Shown here piece after piece: positions 24,411-37,618 of a stretch of DNA of 64,000 nt. Under the pieces are notes generated by a model. That model saw only the letters and a list, made by a program, of their open reading frames with translations. It was not told the origin of the DNA and ran no database searches. Each line of letters starts with the position of its first letter. Position 1 is the first letter of the stretch. Location: NCBI GenBank assembly GCA_010356995.1, contig ML996690.1, positions 1,334,217-1,398,216 of the forward strand, given 5' to 3'. The position numbers and the translations under genes are program-made. Source of the stretch: Trichodelitschia bisporula (taxonomy: Eukaryota).

Positions 24411-24671
24411 GGGTTGAGAGGGTTGTTTGCATAGCGAGGCGTTATGAGTAAATGTCCCGGGTTTGGGCGTTGTGGGTATGCGGACACGATGGGAGTCAAG
24501 CTGGGATCTGTATGTGTTTCGTTGAGATGTCAAATCCTAGGATTGAGGCGATGACCTGAGCCTTTATCCCATCCTAACTCCAGTGATATCATGCATCAAG
24601 TGCCCCGAACGCCGCCGCCATGCCGGAAACCGTCCCCTGAGCCGTCCCCCGAACCGTCTCCCAAACCCGAT

Positions 24672-25834
24672 CTAAAACTTAAGCCACGGCTCAAAATACT
24701 CGCAAGTCTCAGGACTAACCACCCCCCCCGGCCTACACGCCTTAAAAACCGGACACCTTCCACACGGCACCTGCGTAAACCCATCCCCAGGGCCTACACC
24801 ATCATCCGCCGGATCCAACGGTCTGTTCCAATCCACCGTCCCCGGATGACGATCCCACACCCGCCTAGTAGAGCGGTACCCCGGTGGCTGACCGTCGAGG
24901 TTCGGTACCTGCTCGACCAGTTCTTCGTACTCGAGTTTGCCGAGTAATTGCTTGACGTCGTGTTCTTGCAGTGTTACGTCTTTGAGTACGCCGGATTCGT
25001 CGATGAGGTCCATTATTGTGCTCACCGTGGGGTAGTCTCTGTGGGAGGGGGGGAAGGGAACGAGGGGGTGCTTGTTGGGGCCTAAAGGGACTTTGAACAT
25101 TGGGAGGTCCTCGATATCCGCGCTCGCGGGCACATCGTCGGCGTTACGCTTCCGCTTTACGCCCCTTGCCTTGTGCCCAGCGGGTACTTTCTGCTCCGCC
25201 CACGAATGCGTCTCGATATGCCTGAGGATAAACTCGCCCAACGCCTCAATGAGCCCCGTATCCATCGCGCCATCGGAAAAGAAATTCCCCCCCGTGTTCT
25301 CTTCGCTCGGATCGAGGTGGGATAGGATGTAGATGCGGCGATTTTGTGCTTTCGCGGACTTGATTTCCCGGATGAGCTTTTTGGCCATGAGTTCGCGGAT
25401 GGCCTTGACGACGCGGTTGTCGTGCATGTTGGTTTTTTGGCAGAGACTGCGCTTCCACATGCCGTTTGTGCCGCTGGCTTCTATGTGCGAATACACAACC
25501 CTAGTATCTGTCTGGAGGCCGGTGATTCTGCGTTTATTAACATCTACACTCCCTCTTCGTACAAGTAGACTCACTTAATCGCCAACTCCTTCCCCCGCGT
25601 CAAATACCGCAAACTCCCCTTGGCCATCGCAACGGCGAACAAATTGCAGCTCACGAGCTCCTCGCATATGGCCAGTAACTCCGTGTCTGACATCGCGACG
25701 CCGAACTCCATTAGCTCTTCGAGACTGAAGTATGCGCCCATGGGCTTCGCTTCGACGCACTTGTCGTACATGGCGCTCCATTTTGCCTTGAGGGCTGCGG
25801 CTTCGGCCGCCGTTTTGGCTGGCTTTTCGCTCAT
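24672..25834 (-). CDS. RPC34: RNA polymerase III subunit C34/RPC6 (intron near 25530-25575)
   Basis: Winged-helix region IEASGTNGMW..KKLIREIKS, PSEENTGGNFFSDG, C-terminal Fe-S motif CGRCPVFKAC..VSPETCEY. Confidence 0.9.
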
Positions 25835-26096
25835 AGTGAGGTGGTGTGCTCCCGGCGGGGTGGCGAGATACGTGAGTTGATTTGTGAGTTGATGGCGGGG
25901 TTGGGAATTTTTGGCGGAGGAGAGGTGTTGCGTCCTTCACATGCACGGATATGCAGCCACAAATTGTGGCTCTTGGCGTCTGCACAAAAGTTTTGTTGGT
26001 GTGGCACGGGCTCAGCCCTGTCAACCTCGCAACTTCACGGCTCCAGTCATCATTCCGGCCATTGCCAACGACCTTACTTCAAGAGCTTATTGGATC

Positions 26097-26702
26097 ATGG
26101 CGAAAGCGAAAGCACCACCGGTGACGAAAAAGCCGCCTAATAAGCATGTTTCGGCCCGCTTGGCCTATCTCTACCGCGCTACCCGATACCTGGCCGAAGT
26201 ACAAGCTCGATCGCCCAACTCCGCAAGTGCATCTGCGCCATCAACTGATGATCCATCCTCAAGCACGAATGCTCAAGAACCCACAATTTCTGCGCCTGTA
26301 TCCCAAGCCAGCAGTCTCCAAGCCAAATCACCAAATACCAGCGAAACGCCTCCGAACGGACTCATCCGGCACCTCGCAAGCAACGTCTTTGCCGTCTCCC
26401 TAAAGTCACAAGTTCGGCTCTCATCCGAAGTCAAACGTACTCTCTGCAAGCGCTGTAACTCTGTCCTACTTGGCGACCAGACGTGCCACACGTACATCGA
26501 GAACAAGAGTCGGGGCGGCAAGAAGCCGTGGGCGGGTGTGAGGGTGGTGGAGTGCACGACGTGTGACTTCCAGAAGAGATATCCCGTCAATGCTGAGCGC
26601 CAGCCGAAGAAGGGGACGAGAAAGACAGTGCCAGAGAAGGGAGAAGCTCAAAAGAAGGGCAAGCCGACGATCGGACAAGTAGAGGAAATGAAGGATTGTT
26701 GA
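26097..26702 (+). CDS. RPR2: RNase P subunit Rpr2/Rpp21 (Snm1 family)
   Basis: ARLAYLYRA, KRTLCKRCNSVL, VECTTC zinc ribbon, KRYP. Confidence 0.88.
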   Translation: MAKAKAPPVTKKPPNKHVSARLAYLYRATRYLAEVQARSPNSASASAPSTDDPSSSTNAQEPTISAPVSQASSLQAKSPNTSETPPNGLIRHLASNVFAVSLKSQVRLSSEVKRTLCKRCNSVLLGDQTCHTYIENKSRGGKKPWAGVRVVECTTCDFQKRYPVNAERQPKKGTRKTVPEKGEAQKKGKPTIGQVEEMKDC

Positions 26703-26946
26703 TTCACAACCAAGAGCCATCCCACAGCCTTGCGCTTCATGCCGCAGCTCTGGAAGATCGCCTTTGGCGGGGGCAGGCAGGTGATATTCCCCGCTCTACG
26801 CCCCGATTGGTTAGCCCTCGAACCCTGTGCGAGCGCCAAGATTTCGCTATCGATAAGAAAAAGTTGCGCCCCTCATCTGTTTTGATATCGACAACTTTCT
26901 TCTCGTCCTTTATATCTTCTCATTCCCTCCTCCCCCTTTCCCCACA

Positions 26947-28528
26947 ATGAGCAAACGCGTCCGCGACCCCGACGCCCCCGAAGAAGCTGCCGGGCTCAAA
27001 TCCGGCGAGCGGCCACCCTCAGCCCCAGGAAATGGGCCCGACGACATGGACTTCGAAGACGAATACGAGGACGAATTCGAGAGCGAGGACGAGGTGATGG
27101 AGGCCGGTGTGGATGGGCGGCCGGATGCGGAGCGCGAGGCTGAAGAGCAGGGTAGCTGCCATATTCCCTAACCCGTAGCCACGCTGACAGGGCCTTCGCA
27201 GATGCGATGGAAGTCGATCAGGATACTTTCATACCTGGCCGCAATAAGTTGTCACCGGGCGAAACCCTCGCGCCCGATTTATCTGCCTACGACATGCTGC
27301 ACCAGATCAGCACGACGTGGCCGTGTCTCAGCATCGACGTGGTGCGGGACAATCTGGGTGATAACCGGCGGACGTATCCCGCGACCGTGTACGCCGTGGC
27401 TGGGACGCAGGCCGAGCGGAGTCGGGAGAAGGAGAACCAGCTCATGGTGCTCAAACTGTCCGGGCTCAGTAAAATGGAAAAAGAGGCGGAGGAATCAGAC
27501 GACGAGGACGACGACGACGAGACTACGGAGCCGGTGATGGAGACGAAAAGCATACCGCTGACCTCGTGCACGAATCGTATTCGCGCGCACCAGGCGCAGC
27601 AGGAGGGGGAGGGGTTCCCCACCACCCTGGCGGCGAGCATGATGGAGAGCGGCCAGGTGCTCATCTTCGACGTTACCCCCCACCTTCAATCCTTCGATTC
27701 CCCAGGCTCCGTCCTCAGCCCCACCCAATCCAAACCCGCCTGCACAATCCGCGCACACAAATCTGTCGAAGGCTTCGCACTCGACTGGTCCCCCCTCATA
27801 CCAGAAGGCAAACTCCTCACCGGCGACATAAGTGGCAAAATCTTCACCACGACGCGGACTGCCGGCGGCGGCTTCGTGACCGACACGACGCCGTACACCG
27901 GGCACGAAGGCACAGTCGAGGAACTGCAGTGGAGTCCGTCGGAGAGAACCGTGTTTGCGTCCGCGAGTAACGACAAAACGATCAAGATCTGGGATGCCCG
28001 ATCCAAGACCCGCCGCTCCGTGCTCAGCGTCCAGGCCAGCGGCACAGACGTCAACGTGCTCTCCTGGTCGCACCAAACGGCGCACCTTCTCGCCTCAGGC
28101 GCAGACGACGGCGTCTGGGCCGTCTGGGACCTCCGCGCGTGGAAACCGCTCGCCGGCGGGGCGTCATCACGCCCGCTCCCCGTGGCCTCATTCTCTTTCC
28201 ATAAAGAGCAAATCACGTGTGTCGAGTGGCATCCGACGGATGATAGTATTGTGCTGGTTGCGGCGGGGGATAATACGCTTACGTTGTGGGATTTGGCGGT
28301 TGAGCTTGATGATGAGGAGAGTAGGTTTACGGCAGGGGTGCAGGATGTGCCCCCTCAGTTGCTATTTGTGCATTATATGGACCAGGTTAAGGAGGGGCAT
28401 TGGCATCCGCAGATTCCGGGGGCTGTGGTGGCGACGGGGGGCGCGGGGTTCGGGTATGTTGATCGATGTGGTGGTGCGGGGGGCATGTGCTGACGTATGG
28501 CAGTGTGTTCAAGACTATCAGCGTATAA
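26947..28528 (+). CDS. RRB1: Ribosome assembly WD40 protein Rrb1/GRWD1 (2 introns)
   Basis: AYDMLHQISTTWPCLSID, VAGTQA, EGFALDWS, VEELQWSPSE, VPPQLLFVH, C-terminal VFKTISV after splicing. Confidence 0.95.
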
Positions 28529-28839
28529 GGCGCTGGATGATTGAAAGGGAAAGGCGAGGTTCTGCGCTACGAGGACAACGGCGCTGGCGTGTGGGGTTGA
28601 AGACGGGAAACAGCCTGTCGGACGGTGAAAAGGCGCCTGTTGGACTGAAAGGGTCACGTCATGGCCTGGCTGAAGGTAAAAGGACTAACCAGGCTACGGG
28701 CCGTCGTGACAATGCTGCAAAATCCATTCCGTAGAAGTACCACAAAAGATACTATTCATCCCCAAGCTCCAGTAAAGCACGGCAGGCCCGCCGCCCGCGA
28801 GGTATAAGGTATCCAAAGCCACCAACCCAAACGCCTCCC

Positions 28840-29670
28840 CTAAACAACAACCACCGCCCCTCCACCCCCCTCCAATTCCTCCTCCTCCCCCACCCCAATC
28901 GCCCCAGGCACGCCCCAACTCCACGCCCGCGGATACCCAACCCCCCACCTCCCCATCAAATCCCTCAACTCCCTCTCCGTCCCAGGGACTACATTAACGA
29001 AAATCCGATCCCCGCAAATCGGCGGCTCGCTATGCACCGCACCCTCCCGTCCCCCAATCCTAAAAAACACAGCTTCGCCCAAGGACGACTGGCGCACCTC
29101 CGCGCCGCGCATTTCCCACGCGAGATCCGCGCGCACGGCTTCGCTCGTGAGGCCGCAGGCCACGCACCGGACCGCGGAGCACGTATGTCGGGGCGCGGCC
29201 TTGCGCGCCGCGGCTGTGACTGCTTTCAGTGTCTTCCGGGCTTGGGCGCCGTTGGTTAGGAACAGCGTCCCCGGGCCCTGGAGCGTGGCGCATAGTTTCC
29301 AGTACCCTTTTGCTGTGGGGGTGGAGGATGGGTTGAAGAATTGGTCGTCGACGTGCCAGCGGGGGGTGTTGAAGTCGTCGCAGGCGCGGGCGGCGCGGAT
29401 GGTGAGGCAGTAGTGGGTTAGGTTTGCGGAGGAGAGGAAGGAGGATATGAGGTGGAGGAGGGGGGTTAGGGTGGGGAGGAGGGAGCCGGAGATGGTTTGG
29501 GAGTGCCAGGTGTGGAAGCTGCTGGGGAGGGAGGTGGGAGGGAGGAACGGGCCGGTGTAGGTCCAGGAACTGCTGTTATGGAGGGCTATTGGCGGTGGTG
29601 GGGGGGAGGGGAAGGCGGGGATGGGGAGGAAGGTGTGGTCGGGGAGTTTGGGGGAGAAGGTGGCGGGCAT
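28840..29670 (-). CDS. Hypothetical protein with Fe(II)/2-oxoglutarate dioxygenase-like HxD...H motif
   Basis: PRWHVD, LCATLQGPGTLF, GAVHSEP..DRIFVNV pattern resembling DSBH-fold oxygenases. Confidence 0.65.
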   Translation of the reverse strand: MPATFSPKLPDHTFLPIPAFPSPPPPPIALHNSSSWTYTGPFLPPTSLPSSFHTWHSQTISGSLLPTLTPLLHLISSFLSSANLTHYCLTIRAARACDDFNTPRWHVDDQFFNPSSTPTAKGYWKLCATLQGPGTLFLTNGAQARKTLKAVTAAARKAAPRHTCSAVRCVACGLTSEAVRADLAWEMRGAEVRQSSLGEAVFFRIGGREGAVHSEPPICGDRIFVNVVPGTERELRDLMGRWGVGYPRAWSWGVPGAIGVGEEEELEGGGGAVVVV

Positions 29671-29892
29671 TTTGGGATGATGAGGAGAGGGGAATTGGGC
29701 GAGAAGAGTGGGGAGGAGAGGAGATGATCATGTACAGTGCTTCTAGACGCGTGAGTTGAAGCTATCGCGACGTCGCCGCCGCTAGGCTGCGCACCCCAGC
29801 CCGTCTTGGCAACGGCAACGCCGCCGCCCGCGCCTTCACCCAACCCACAAACATCAACCTGCACCACCCATCACCACCCCCCAATACTCAAA

Positions 29893-31068
29893 ATGCCTGG
29901 CGACGACCTCCTCACCCACGCCCAGTCATCCATCGACTTCTACGCCCTCCTCGGCGAAGGAATCCACCCGGGCTCCACCCTCAGCGAAATCTCCCGCGCA
30001 TACCGGCGCACCGCCCTCAAACACCACCCCGACAAAAACCGCTCCGACCCCGATGCCGTCTCTAAGTTTCATGCTCTGCAGATTGCGCACGATGTTCTGT
30101 CTGATCCTGCGGCGAAGGCAGCGTATGATAATGCGCGGGCGGCGAGGGAGGCGAGGGAAAGACAGAATGCGTTGTTTGAGGGGAAGAGGAAGAGGATGAA
30201 GGATGATTTGGAGAGGAGGGAGAGTGGGGCTTTCAAGCGGAGGAAGGATGAGGATGATCCGGAGGAGATTCTGCAGAGGGAGATTCGCCGCCTGGCGGAG
30301 GACGGGCGGAGGCGCAGACTGGAGCGCGAAGAGGCATTGCGCAAAGCGGAGGAGGAAGCCAAAACTACGCCCGCCGACGACCCTCCCCCGCCCACAACCG
30401 GCGCCTCCACCGTCCCCGAAATCCACCGCACAATCAAAGTCCGCTGGCCACGCACCGGCCCCGGCTTAACCCTCGACCGCGAGCGCTTAGAGAGCATGTT
30501 CTCCCGCTTCGGTCCCACGGACAGCGTGTTCGTGCTCAAGGACCGCGAGGTCGGGCCGAAGAGGAAGAAACGTGTTATGGGGACTGCGTGTCTTATGTTT
30601 AAGAGCGTGGTGGGCGCGCATAGGGCTGTGGCGGATGCGAGGGGGCTTGGGGGGGAAGGGGAGGAGTGGGCTCTCCTGGAGAGTGTGGAGTGGGCGGAGG
30701 GGAGGGAACCGGAGTTCGTGACCTCGCATGAGCGACAATCGACGCCTGCGCCTGAGGCTGTGCCCGCGACGCCGGCTGAGAAGCCGAAGGCGAGGCCGTT
30801 TCCTGGCGTTGCTACTGATCCCGCGACACCGCTGTCTAACTTCAAAGCGCGGTTTGGCGGCGGAGGAGGCGGGGACGGTCTGCGCCGTGTACCGAGTTTC
30901 GCGTCGTTTACGACGGCGAGTCCGGCGGGTAGTCCGTTTGCGAAGGGGGTGGGAAGTCCGAGTTTGGAGGAGATTACGTTGATACGCTTGAAGAATGCGG
31001 AGAAGAAGAGGTTGGAGGAGCAGATTAGGCGGGAGGAGGCGGAGGCCGAGGGGAAGGGGGAGGAATAG
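29893..31068 (+). CDS. CWC23: DnaJ-domain splicing factor Cwc23/DNAJC17
   Basis: N-terminal J domain (YRRTALKHHPDKN), RKRMKDDLERRE, RRM-like RTIKVRW region. Confidence 0.9.
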   Translation: MPGDDLLTHAQSSIDFYALLGEGIHPGSTLSEISRAYRRTALKHHPDKNRSDPDAVSKFHALQIAHDVLSDPAAKAAYDNARAAREARERQNALFEGKRKRMKDDLERRESGAFKRRKDEDDPEEILQREIRRLAEDGRRRRLEREEALRKAEEEAKTTPADDPPPPTTGASTVPEIHRTIKVRWPRTGPGLTLDRERLESMFSRFGPTDSVFVLKDREVGPKRKKRVMGTACLMFKSVVGAHRAVADARGLGGEGEEWALLESVEWAEGREPEFVTSHERQSTPAPEAVPATPAEKPKARPFPGVATDPATPLSNFKARFGGGGGGDGLRRVPSFASFTTASPAGSPFAKGVGSPSLEEITLIRLKNAEKKRLEEQIRREEAEAEGKGEE

Positions 31069-31284
31069 GGATGGAGTGGGGTAAATTGGGGCATAGCACG
31101 GCGTTGGGTGGTTGGTTTGAGATACCTTATACCTCGCGGTCGGGTGGGACTGGCGTGTTTTACTGAGCCTTATATGGCTGGAATAATTGTCCTATGGTGC
31201 TTCTGTAGAATGAATCCCTAGATTTGGCTCCAAGCCGCCATCGGACCCAATGCATGATATCTAGCACCAACTACACCGCCCACA

Positions 31285-32847
31285 TCACTCGCTCTCATCA
31301 CTACTCTCCCCACCCCCCTCCCCCTTCTCCTCCTCCACCGCGCCCCCCTCCTCCCTCCCCAAAAGCACAAACCCCGTCAAACACGTAATCCTCCGTCCAG
31401 TCTCATACGTCCCCAGCAAGCGGCCCACCTGCACCGGCCCCCCACCCCCAATCTCGCCCTTTACATCCGCAATAGCAAGCAACCAAACCCTCACCGCCCC
31501 ATCACTGCTCCCCGTAACAACAAGGCAACGCTCCCCGCCCGGCAGCGACAGAAAAACAAAGTCCTTGATCCGGCCACTGGTGCCGGCATCCGTGCCGCCG
31601 AGAATGGCCACGAGCCGGCACGGAGGGATATCGGGCTTAGCCTTGCTCTTCACGTTCTCGGACTGCGCGGGCGGCGGCGTGCTATCTACCGGGGCGGTTG
31701 TCTCGTTGATGTCGTAGAAGAGGATGCGGCCGTCTTCGGTGGATGCGGCGAGGGTGTGCGGGAGCCCGTTGTTGAGGAATTGGATTTGGTGCAGCTTGGT
31801 TTGGGGGTTGGGGTGGATTATGGCGTGGGGTTTGCAGTCCTAGTCCGATTAGTAAGGATGGGGGTGATGGGAGGGAGGACATACCACGTCGTACACGCAC
31901 GCCCCGCGCTCGAACGCTACGACGAACTTCGCGCCCTCGTCGTCCCAGCGTATCTTTCGCCCCTCGCCCGTGCCGTACCGCCCCTCGCCCACCTGCGCCA
32001 GCATCGCGCGGTCGAAGCTCAACACGCCGGCTTTACGGCCGGTGACTAGATTCCACAGACGCATGCAGCGCTCGCCCTTCCCCACACTGACCATGACCTT
32101 GAGACTGGGATGAACCGCAAAGTCATTAACACCAGCCGGGACCTCGCCAGGCGCAGCCGTATCCCCGCTCGGCCTCCCAACGGGCTTCGGAATCGGTGCC
32201 TTGATCGTGGACAGCACGGTCCAGTCCCGCGTGCGGGAGACGGCGATCGTATTATCCTCCGCCGCGGAGAGCAGCTTGGCCCGGGAGGGAAAAAATAGCG
32301 CGGTTACGGCGCGGGAGTGGTGTAGCAAAGCGCCGAGTTCGCGGTTGCGCGGGTTTTGGGAGACGGCGCTGGCGGCGAGAGTGGGGAGGAGCGGTTTTCC
32401 GGGCTTGGGGAGGGGCGGAGCGAGGGCGGACAGGTGGTAGAGGTTTATGCGTTCGTCGGTTGCGCCGGTTGCTAGGATTACCTTTTGCGTTGGGTCTGTG
32501 GGGGGTGGAGGGGGGGAGAGGGCCAGGCAGCGGATTGAGGAGGTGTGGGCGTTGAAGAGGAAGGAGTCGGCGAAGGTGATTGCTGAGGCGGGATCTTGAG
32601 GGGCGGTGTCTTGAGGGGCGGTGTCTTGAGGGGCATCGTCGGCGGGTACTGAAAGGGCTTTTGCGGAGGGATCGAGAAGCGAGTTGGGGATTGTTGCTAT
32701 GATGCCGTGCAGAGCTCGCTCGTAGGAGCCTGTGACGATCTGTAGAAACGTGGATTGCGAGGACGGGGAAGCCTCGACGACCTTTCTGGCCTTGCCGGCG
32801 GGGGCTTTGTCGGTCGGTTCAGCGGCATCTCTCTTGCGTTTGGCCAT
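31285..32847 (-). CDS. MAK11: 60S biogenesis WD40 protein Mak11/PAK1IP1 (intron ~31842-31884)
   Basis: LQIVTGSYERALHG, FLFNAHTSSIRCLA, VNDFAVHPS, CMRLWNLVTGRKA, GRIKDF, RITCL. Confidence 0.92.
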
Positions 32848-33132
32848 TCGGACGGATTGGTGCTGTCGACTTTGTTTACCGCTTGTTGTTTGGTGATGCA
32901 AGTTCTGGTGGTGAGAAAAAAAGTTGGGGTGGCCCTGCACGCCAAGATTTCGGACTCGTCTGTGCATATGTCATCACATGATGAATCAAATTGGACATCG
33001 GGATGGTCTTCCGATTGTAATCACAAATGACATCTTGACTCATTTTTCGTTTTCTCTCGCTGCCAGTGAAGAGCATAAGAGGGCGCTGCAGACGACACAC
33101 GAACGTCGTGAATAGAAAGGGAAAAGGCCGTC

Positions 33133-34696
33133 ATGTCCCTCACGAACGCAACTCCCGTCGAGGCAGCGCGCGCCGCCCGCTTCGCCTCCCGAACACTCGC
33201 CATCCTGCCCTCTTCCGCACGCAATGCCGCTCTGACAGCCATTCACGATGCCCTCGCAGCCGCAAAGGACGACATTCTCCGCGCTAATTCGTGCGATATG
33301 TCAAACGCCATCGAAGCGGCTAGCAATGGGGAGCTCAGCCAGAGCCTCATCAAGCGGCTCGACCTCACGCGGCCCGGCAAGTTCGAAGATATGCTGCAGG
33401 GCATCCTCGAGGTGCGGGAGCTGGACGATCCGAGTACGTGAATCAGTGGAACGAAGGGCACGGGTTAATGCTCGTCAGTTGGCAAGATCGATCGCCGGAC
33501 GCTGCTCGACGATGGGCTGATCCTGACGCGCAAGTCGTCGCCTATCGGCGTGCTGCTTATTATCTTCGAGGCAAGGCCGGAGGTTATTGCCAATATTGCT
33601 TCGTTGGCAATCAAGTCTGGCAATGCCGCTATTCTCAAGGGTGAGCATCGTGCTCATGAATTTCTACCGTGACCACCTGCTGAACCACCGGGTAATCCCA
33701 GGCGGCAAGGAATCTACAGAGTCGTTCAAGGCCATCTCGGCCGTCATCTCGCAAGCTCTCGGCACGACGGAGGTGCCCAACGATGCGCTGCAGCTCGTCC
33801 TCACCCGTGACGCCATCGCCCCGCTGCTGCAGCTCGACCAGTACATCGACCTGGTCATCCCGCGCGGAGGCAACGAGCTGGTCCGGAGCATTAAGAAGGG
33901 CACGCAGATTCCCGTCCTCGGACACGCGGACGGCCTCTGCTCTATCTACCTGCGCGCCGATAACCCGGTGGACATGGCCGTCAACGTCATCCGCGACGCA
34001 AAGCTGAGCTATCCCGCAGCGTGCAACGCGCTAGAAACGCTCCTCGTGGATGAGGACGCTCTGACGACAGTATTCCTCGCCGTCGCAAAGAAGCTACTCG
34101 AAGAAGGCGTCTCCCTGCGGTGCGACGCCGCATCCAAAGCCGCTCTGACCTCCACGCTCGATAAGCACCTAGCCGTGCTACTCCAGGACGCCACAGACGA
34201 AGACTACAAAACCGAATTCCTCAGCCTCATCCTCGCCATAAAAACCATCCCCACATCCCCAACCCCCGCCGCCGCCGCGGACCTCGCAATCACGCACATC
34301 AACGAGCACGGCTCGCACCATACCGACGCCATCCTGACAATGAATGAGAGCATCGCGCGCCGCTTCCAGCAGGGCGTCGACAGTGCGGGTGTGTTCTGGA
34401 ACACGAGCACGCGCATGGCGGACGGGCAGCGCTTTGGCTTCGGCACTGAGGTCGGGATTAGCACGAACAAGATTCATGCCCGCGGGCCTGTGGGGCTTGA
34501 GGGCTTGACTATTTACCGCTGGTTGCTGGATGGGCAGGGCCAGGTGTCGGCGGAGTATGGGGCTGGCGGGAAGCAGTGGAAGCATCAGGCGCTGCCGGTA
34601 GAGGATAGGGATAGGAAGTACATGGCGAGGGATGAGGAGGAATGGGAGGTTTTGCGGGAGTTTAGGCGCGAGAAGTGTATGAGAAATTGCAGTTAG
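33133..34696 (+). CDS. PRO2: Gamma-glutamyl phosphate reductase (2 introns)
   Basis: [81 protein letters not shown]. Confidence 0.97.
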
Positions 34697-35120
34697 ATGA
34701 GGCTCTGGAGTTCTGGCCACCAAACGTGAATCAACGGATTTTAGACGTTTGGTTTTCCATGGCGGTGATGAATTTATCTGCTGTCTACTGGCCATCCTCA
34801 ACCACTCGCTACCAGCACGCTGAAATCAAAATGCAAACGGAATAGAGCACCAGCAATTCCCCAGCTAAAATCCAGCACTTCAACATCCCGCATCTCTCCT
34901 AACCTCGGAGCCCACACGAGAAGCAGATATTACACCCTGTCCCCAAATTGCCACCCGGCGAGGCTGACGCCAGGCCTAGCCCCGCTAATCCCAGTCCCCC
35001 GCACATCGGAGTCAACCCCAAAAACCTTCTCCGCCCGTCATCGATCACCACATCCCCCCCCCCCCCCCCCCCCAAACACCTCCATCCCAATCCTCCTAAT
35101 CCCCCCCAAAAAGCAGCAAA

Positions 35121-36392
35121 ATGGACGCCGAACACTTCACCTCCCCCAAGCCCAATTTCCCCAAAAAAACATGCGGTGTGTCCCTCCACCCCCCTCCCCA
35201 ATCCCCCACTTACACCCAGCAGGCGTCCTCGGCGCAACCGGCTCCGTCGGCCAACGCTTCATCCTCCTCCTCGCCCTACACCCACACTTCGAACTCCGCG
35301 CCGTGGGCGCGAGCGAGCGGTCAGCGGGCAAGAAATACAAGGACGCGGTGCGGTGGAAGCAGGCACTCCCGATGAGTAAGGCGCTCGGCGAGTTGGTTGT
35401 GCGCCGGTGTGTGCCTGAGGAGTTTGAGGATTGCGACCTTATCTTCAGCGGGCTGGATAGCGACGTTGCGGGGGACGTAGGTAGGTGCCCTGGCGGGTGT
35501 GAGGGGGGGATGGTGAGGGCTAACGTGCGGGCAGAAACGGCGTTCATGAAGGCTGAGAAAGCGGTATTCAGCAACGCAAAGAATCACCGCCGCGACCCGA
35601 TTGTCCCGCTCGTGGTGCCGACGGTGAATCTGGCGCACCTCGATGTTATAAAGCACCAACGCGCAACCCACAACCTTTCGCGAGGCTTCCTAGTCTGCAA
35701 CTCCAACTGCGCAGTCATAGGCCTCGTAATCCCCTTCGCCGCCCTCCAAGCACGCTTCGGCCCCATCGCCGCCGTCTCCGTCGTCACGCTGCAAGCCGTC
35801 TCCGGCGCAGGCTATCCAGGCGTCAGCTCCATGGACATCATTGACAACGTCGTGCCCTTCATTTCGGGCGAGGAAGACAAGCTCGAGACGGAGGCGCAGA
35901 AGATCCTAGGCTCCGTCAATGCTTCCACCACGGGATTCGAGGACCAGACAGGGCTGAAGGTGAGCGCGGCGTGTAACCGCGTCCCCGTGCTCGACGGGCA
36001 CACAGCCTGCGTGTCGCTGCGCTTCGCCAACCGGCCGCCGCCCAGCGCAGAGGCCGTCAAGGCCGCGATGCGCGAATACGTATCCGAGGCACAGACCTTG
36101 GGCTGCCCCTCCGCGCCGCAGAACGCGATTGTGGTTATGGAGGAGCCGGATAGGCCGCAGCCGCGCTTGGATCGGGAGACGGATCGTGGGTATGCCGTGA
36201 GTGTGGGGCGGGTGAGGGAGGATGAGAGTGAGATTTTTGATATTAAGTTTGTGGCGTTGAGTCATAATAGTAAGTCTTCTTGCTTTGAGCTTGAGATGGG
36301 GAGGGCGAGTGCTAATGTGGATAGCGGTTATTGGGGCTGCCGGGTCGAGTATTTTGAATGCGGAGGCGGCGGTGTTGAAGGGGTTTGTGTAG
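35121..36392 (+). CDS. HOM2: Aspartate-semialdehyde dehydrogenase (3 introns)
   Basis: [53 protein letters not shown]. Confidence 0.96.
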
Positions 36393-36604
36393 GGTGGGAA
36401 AAGTTGGTAGAGGAATTGATTGCTTGTGCCTTGGCCATTTTGGTATAGATATAGGGTGTGGCTGTACGCCAGTCATTGACCCGAAATGAGTACGCGACAT
36501 CCACAAATTCAAGACGAATCCCATATTCAGCAGCATTGAAAAGCCATCAGATAATCCATCCATACTCTATCACAAACTCCCCCACCCAACGCCCAAACAC
36601 CCCC

Positions 36605-37585
36605 CTAAAACCTCAACTTCGGCAACACAAACACAACCACAAGCGCCAAAGCCCACAACCCCGCAATCCAAGCATACATAAGCATCCTTCCCCACCACCC
36701 CCGCCCCTCCGTCATCCGCCTCAAAGCTCCCATCTTCCGTCCCGCCACGTCTATCCCCGCCACATTCCGATCCAGCCCTGCCGTCGCCGCATCCAGCACA
36801 TCCCGCTCCGCCTCAACGCTGTCGTGGAACCCATGTACAGAGCTCTTGAGCTGCTGCGCCAGCGCGAGCATCGAGCTTGTAAGTGCTTCTTGTTCTGCAC
36901 GGTGGGCGCCTAGTGCTTGGTCGCGGGATTCGAGGTTCGAAGGGGGGGCGGTGCCCGGGTACCGCGCGCCGGTGGTGCGCGCGCTCGGCTCGGGATCCGA
37001 GGGCGGAGTTTGGGCGGCGGGCGCGGGGAAGCGCGAGCGTAGGGCGCCGGCGAGATGTGCGGCGGCGTCGGCGGCGGTGCCGGGGGGTTGCGCGTATTCG
37101 GTGTCGATGCTGGCGCTGGCCGTGCGGGCGGGACCCCAGGATGTAGATGCTGTGTCGGCTTCGGAGGGCGTGAGTTCAGCGCCTTCTTCCTCGTCATCGT
37201 CGTCGTCGTCTTCGTCGCTGTCTTCGTGGTTTAATTCATTTAAGCGGGCCTGCAGGCGGCGCACGGTGTCGCGTTTGGATTGGAGATCGAGGAGGACGGC
37301 TTGTTTTTTGGAGGCGATTTTTATGGATTGGGTGTCGTGTTCGAGGCGCAGGAGGAGGGAGCGGGCGGATTCGAAGTTCTGATGTTGTGGTTAGGGGGGT
37401 TAGAGGGTGGGAAGGAGGTGATTACCTACAGCGCCGATGCGGTTGCGTTCGTAGGGACTGCGGAGGGTGGATGGGTCGGCGGCGGGGGAGAGGAGGGTTT
37501 CGGAGAGGTGGGAGAGGAAGCGGGTGAGGTTTATTGTGTCGGCGTCGATGGAGTCGGTTGGGGGTAAGGGTGAGTTGAGGGCCAT
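36605..37585 (-). CDS. USE1: ER SNARE Use1 (Qc) family (intron ~37379-37425)
   Basis: INLTRFLSHL N-terminus, SNARE motif HRAEQEALTSSMLALAQQLK, C-terminal TM ending VLPKLRF. Confidence 0.82.
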
Positions 37586-37618
37586 TGTGGGTTGGAGTGG
37601 GTGTTTTCGTGGTGATGC

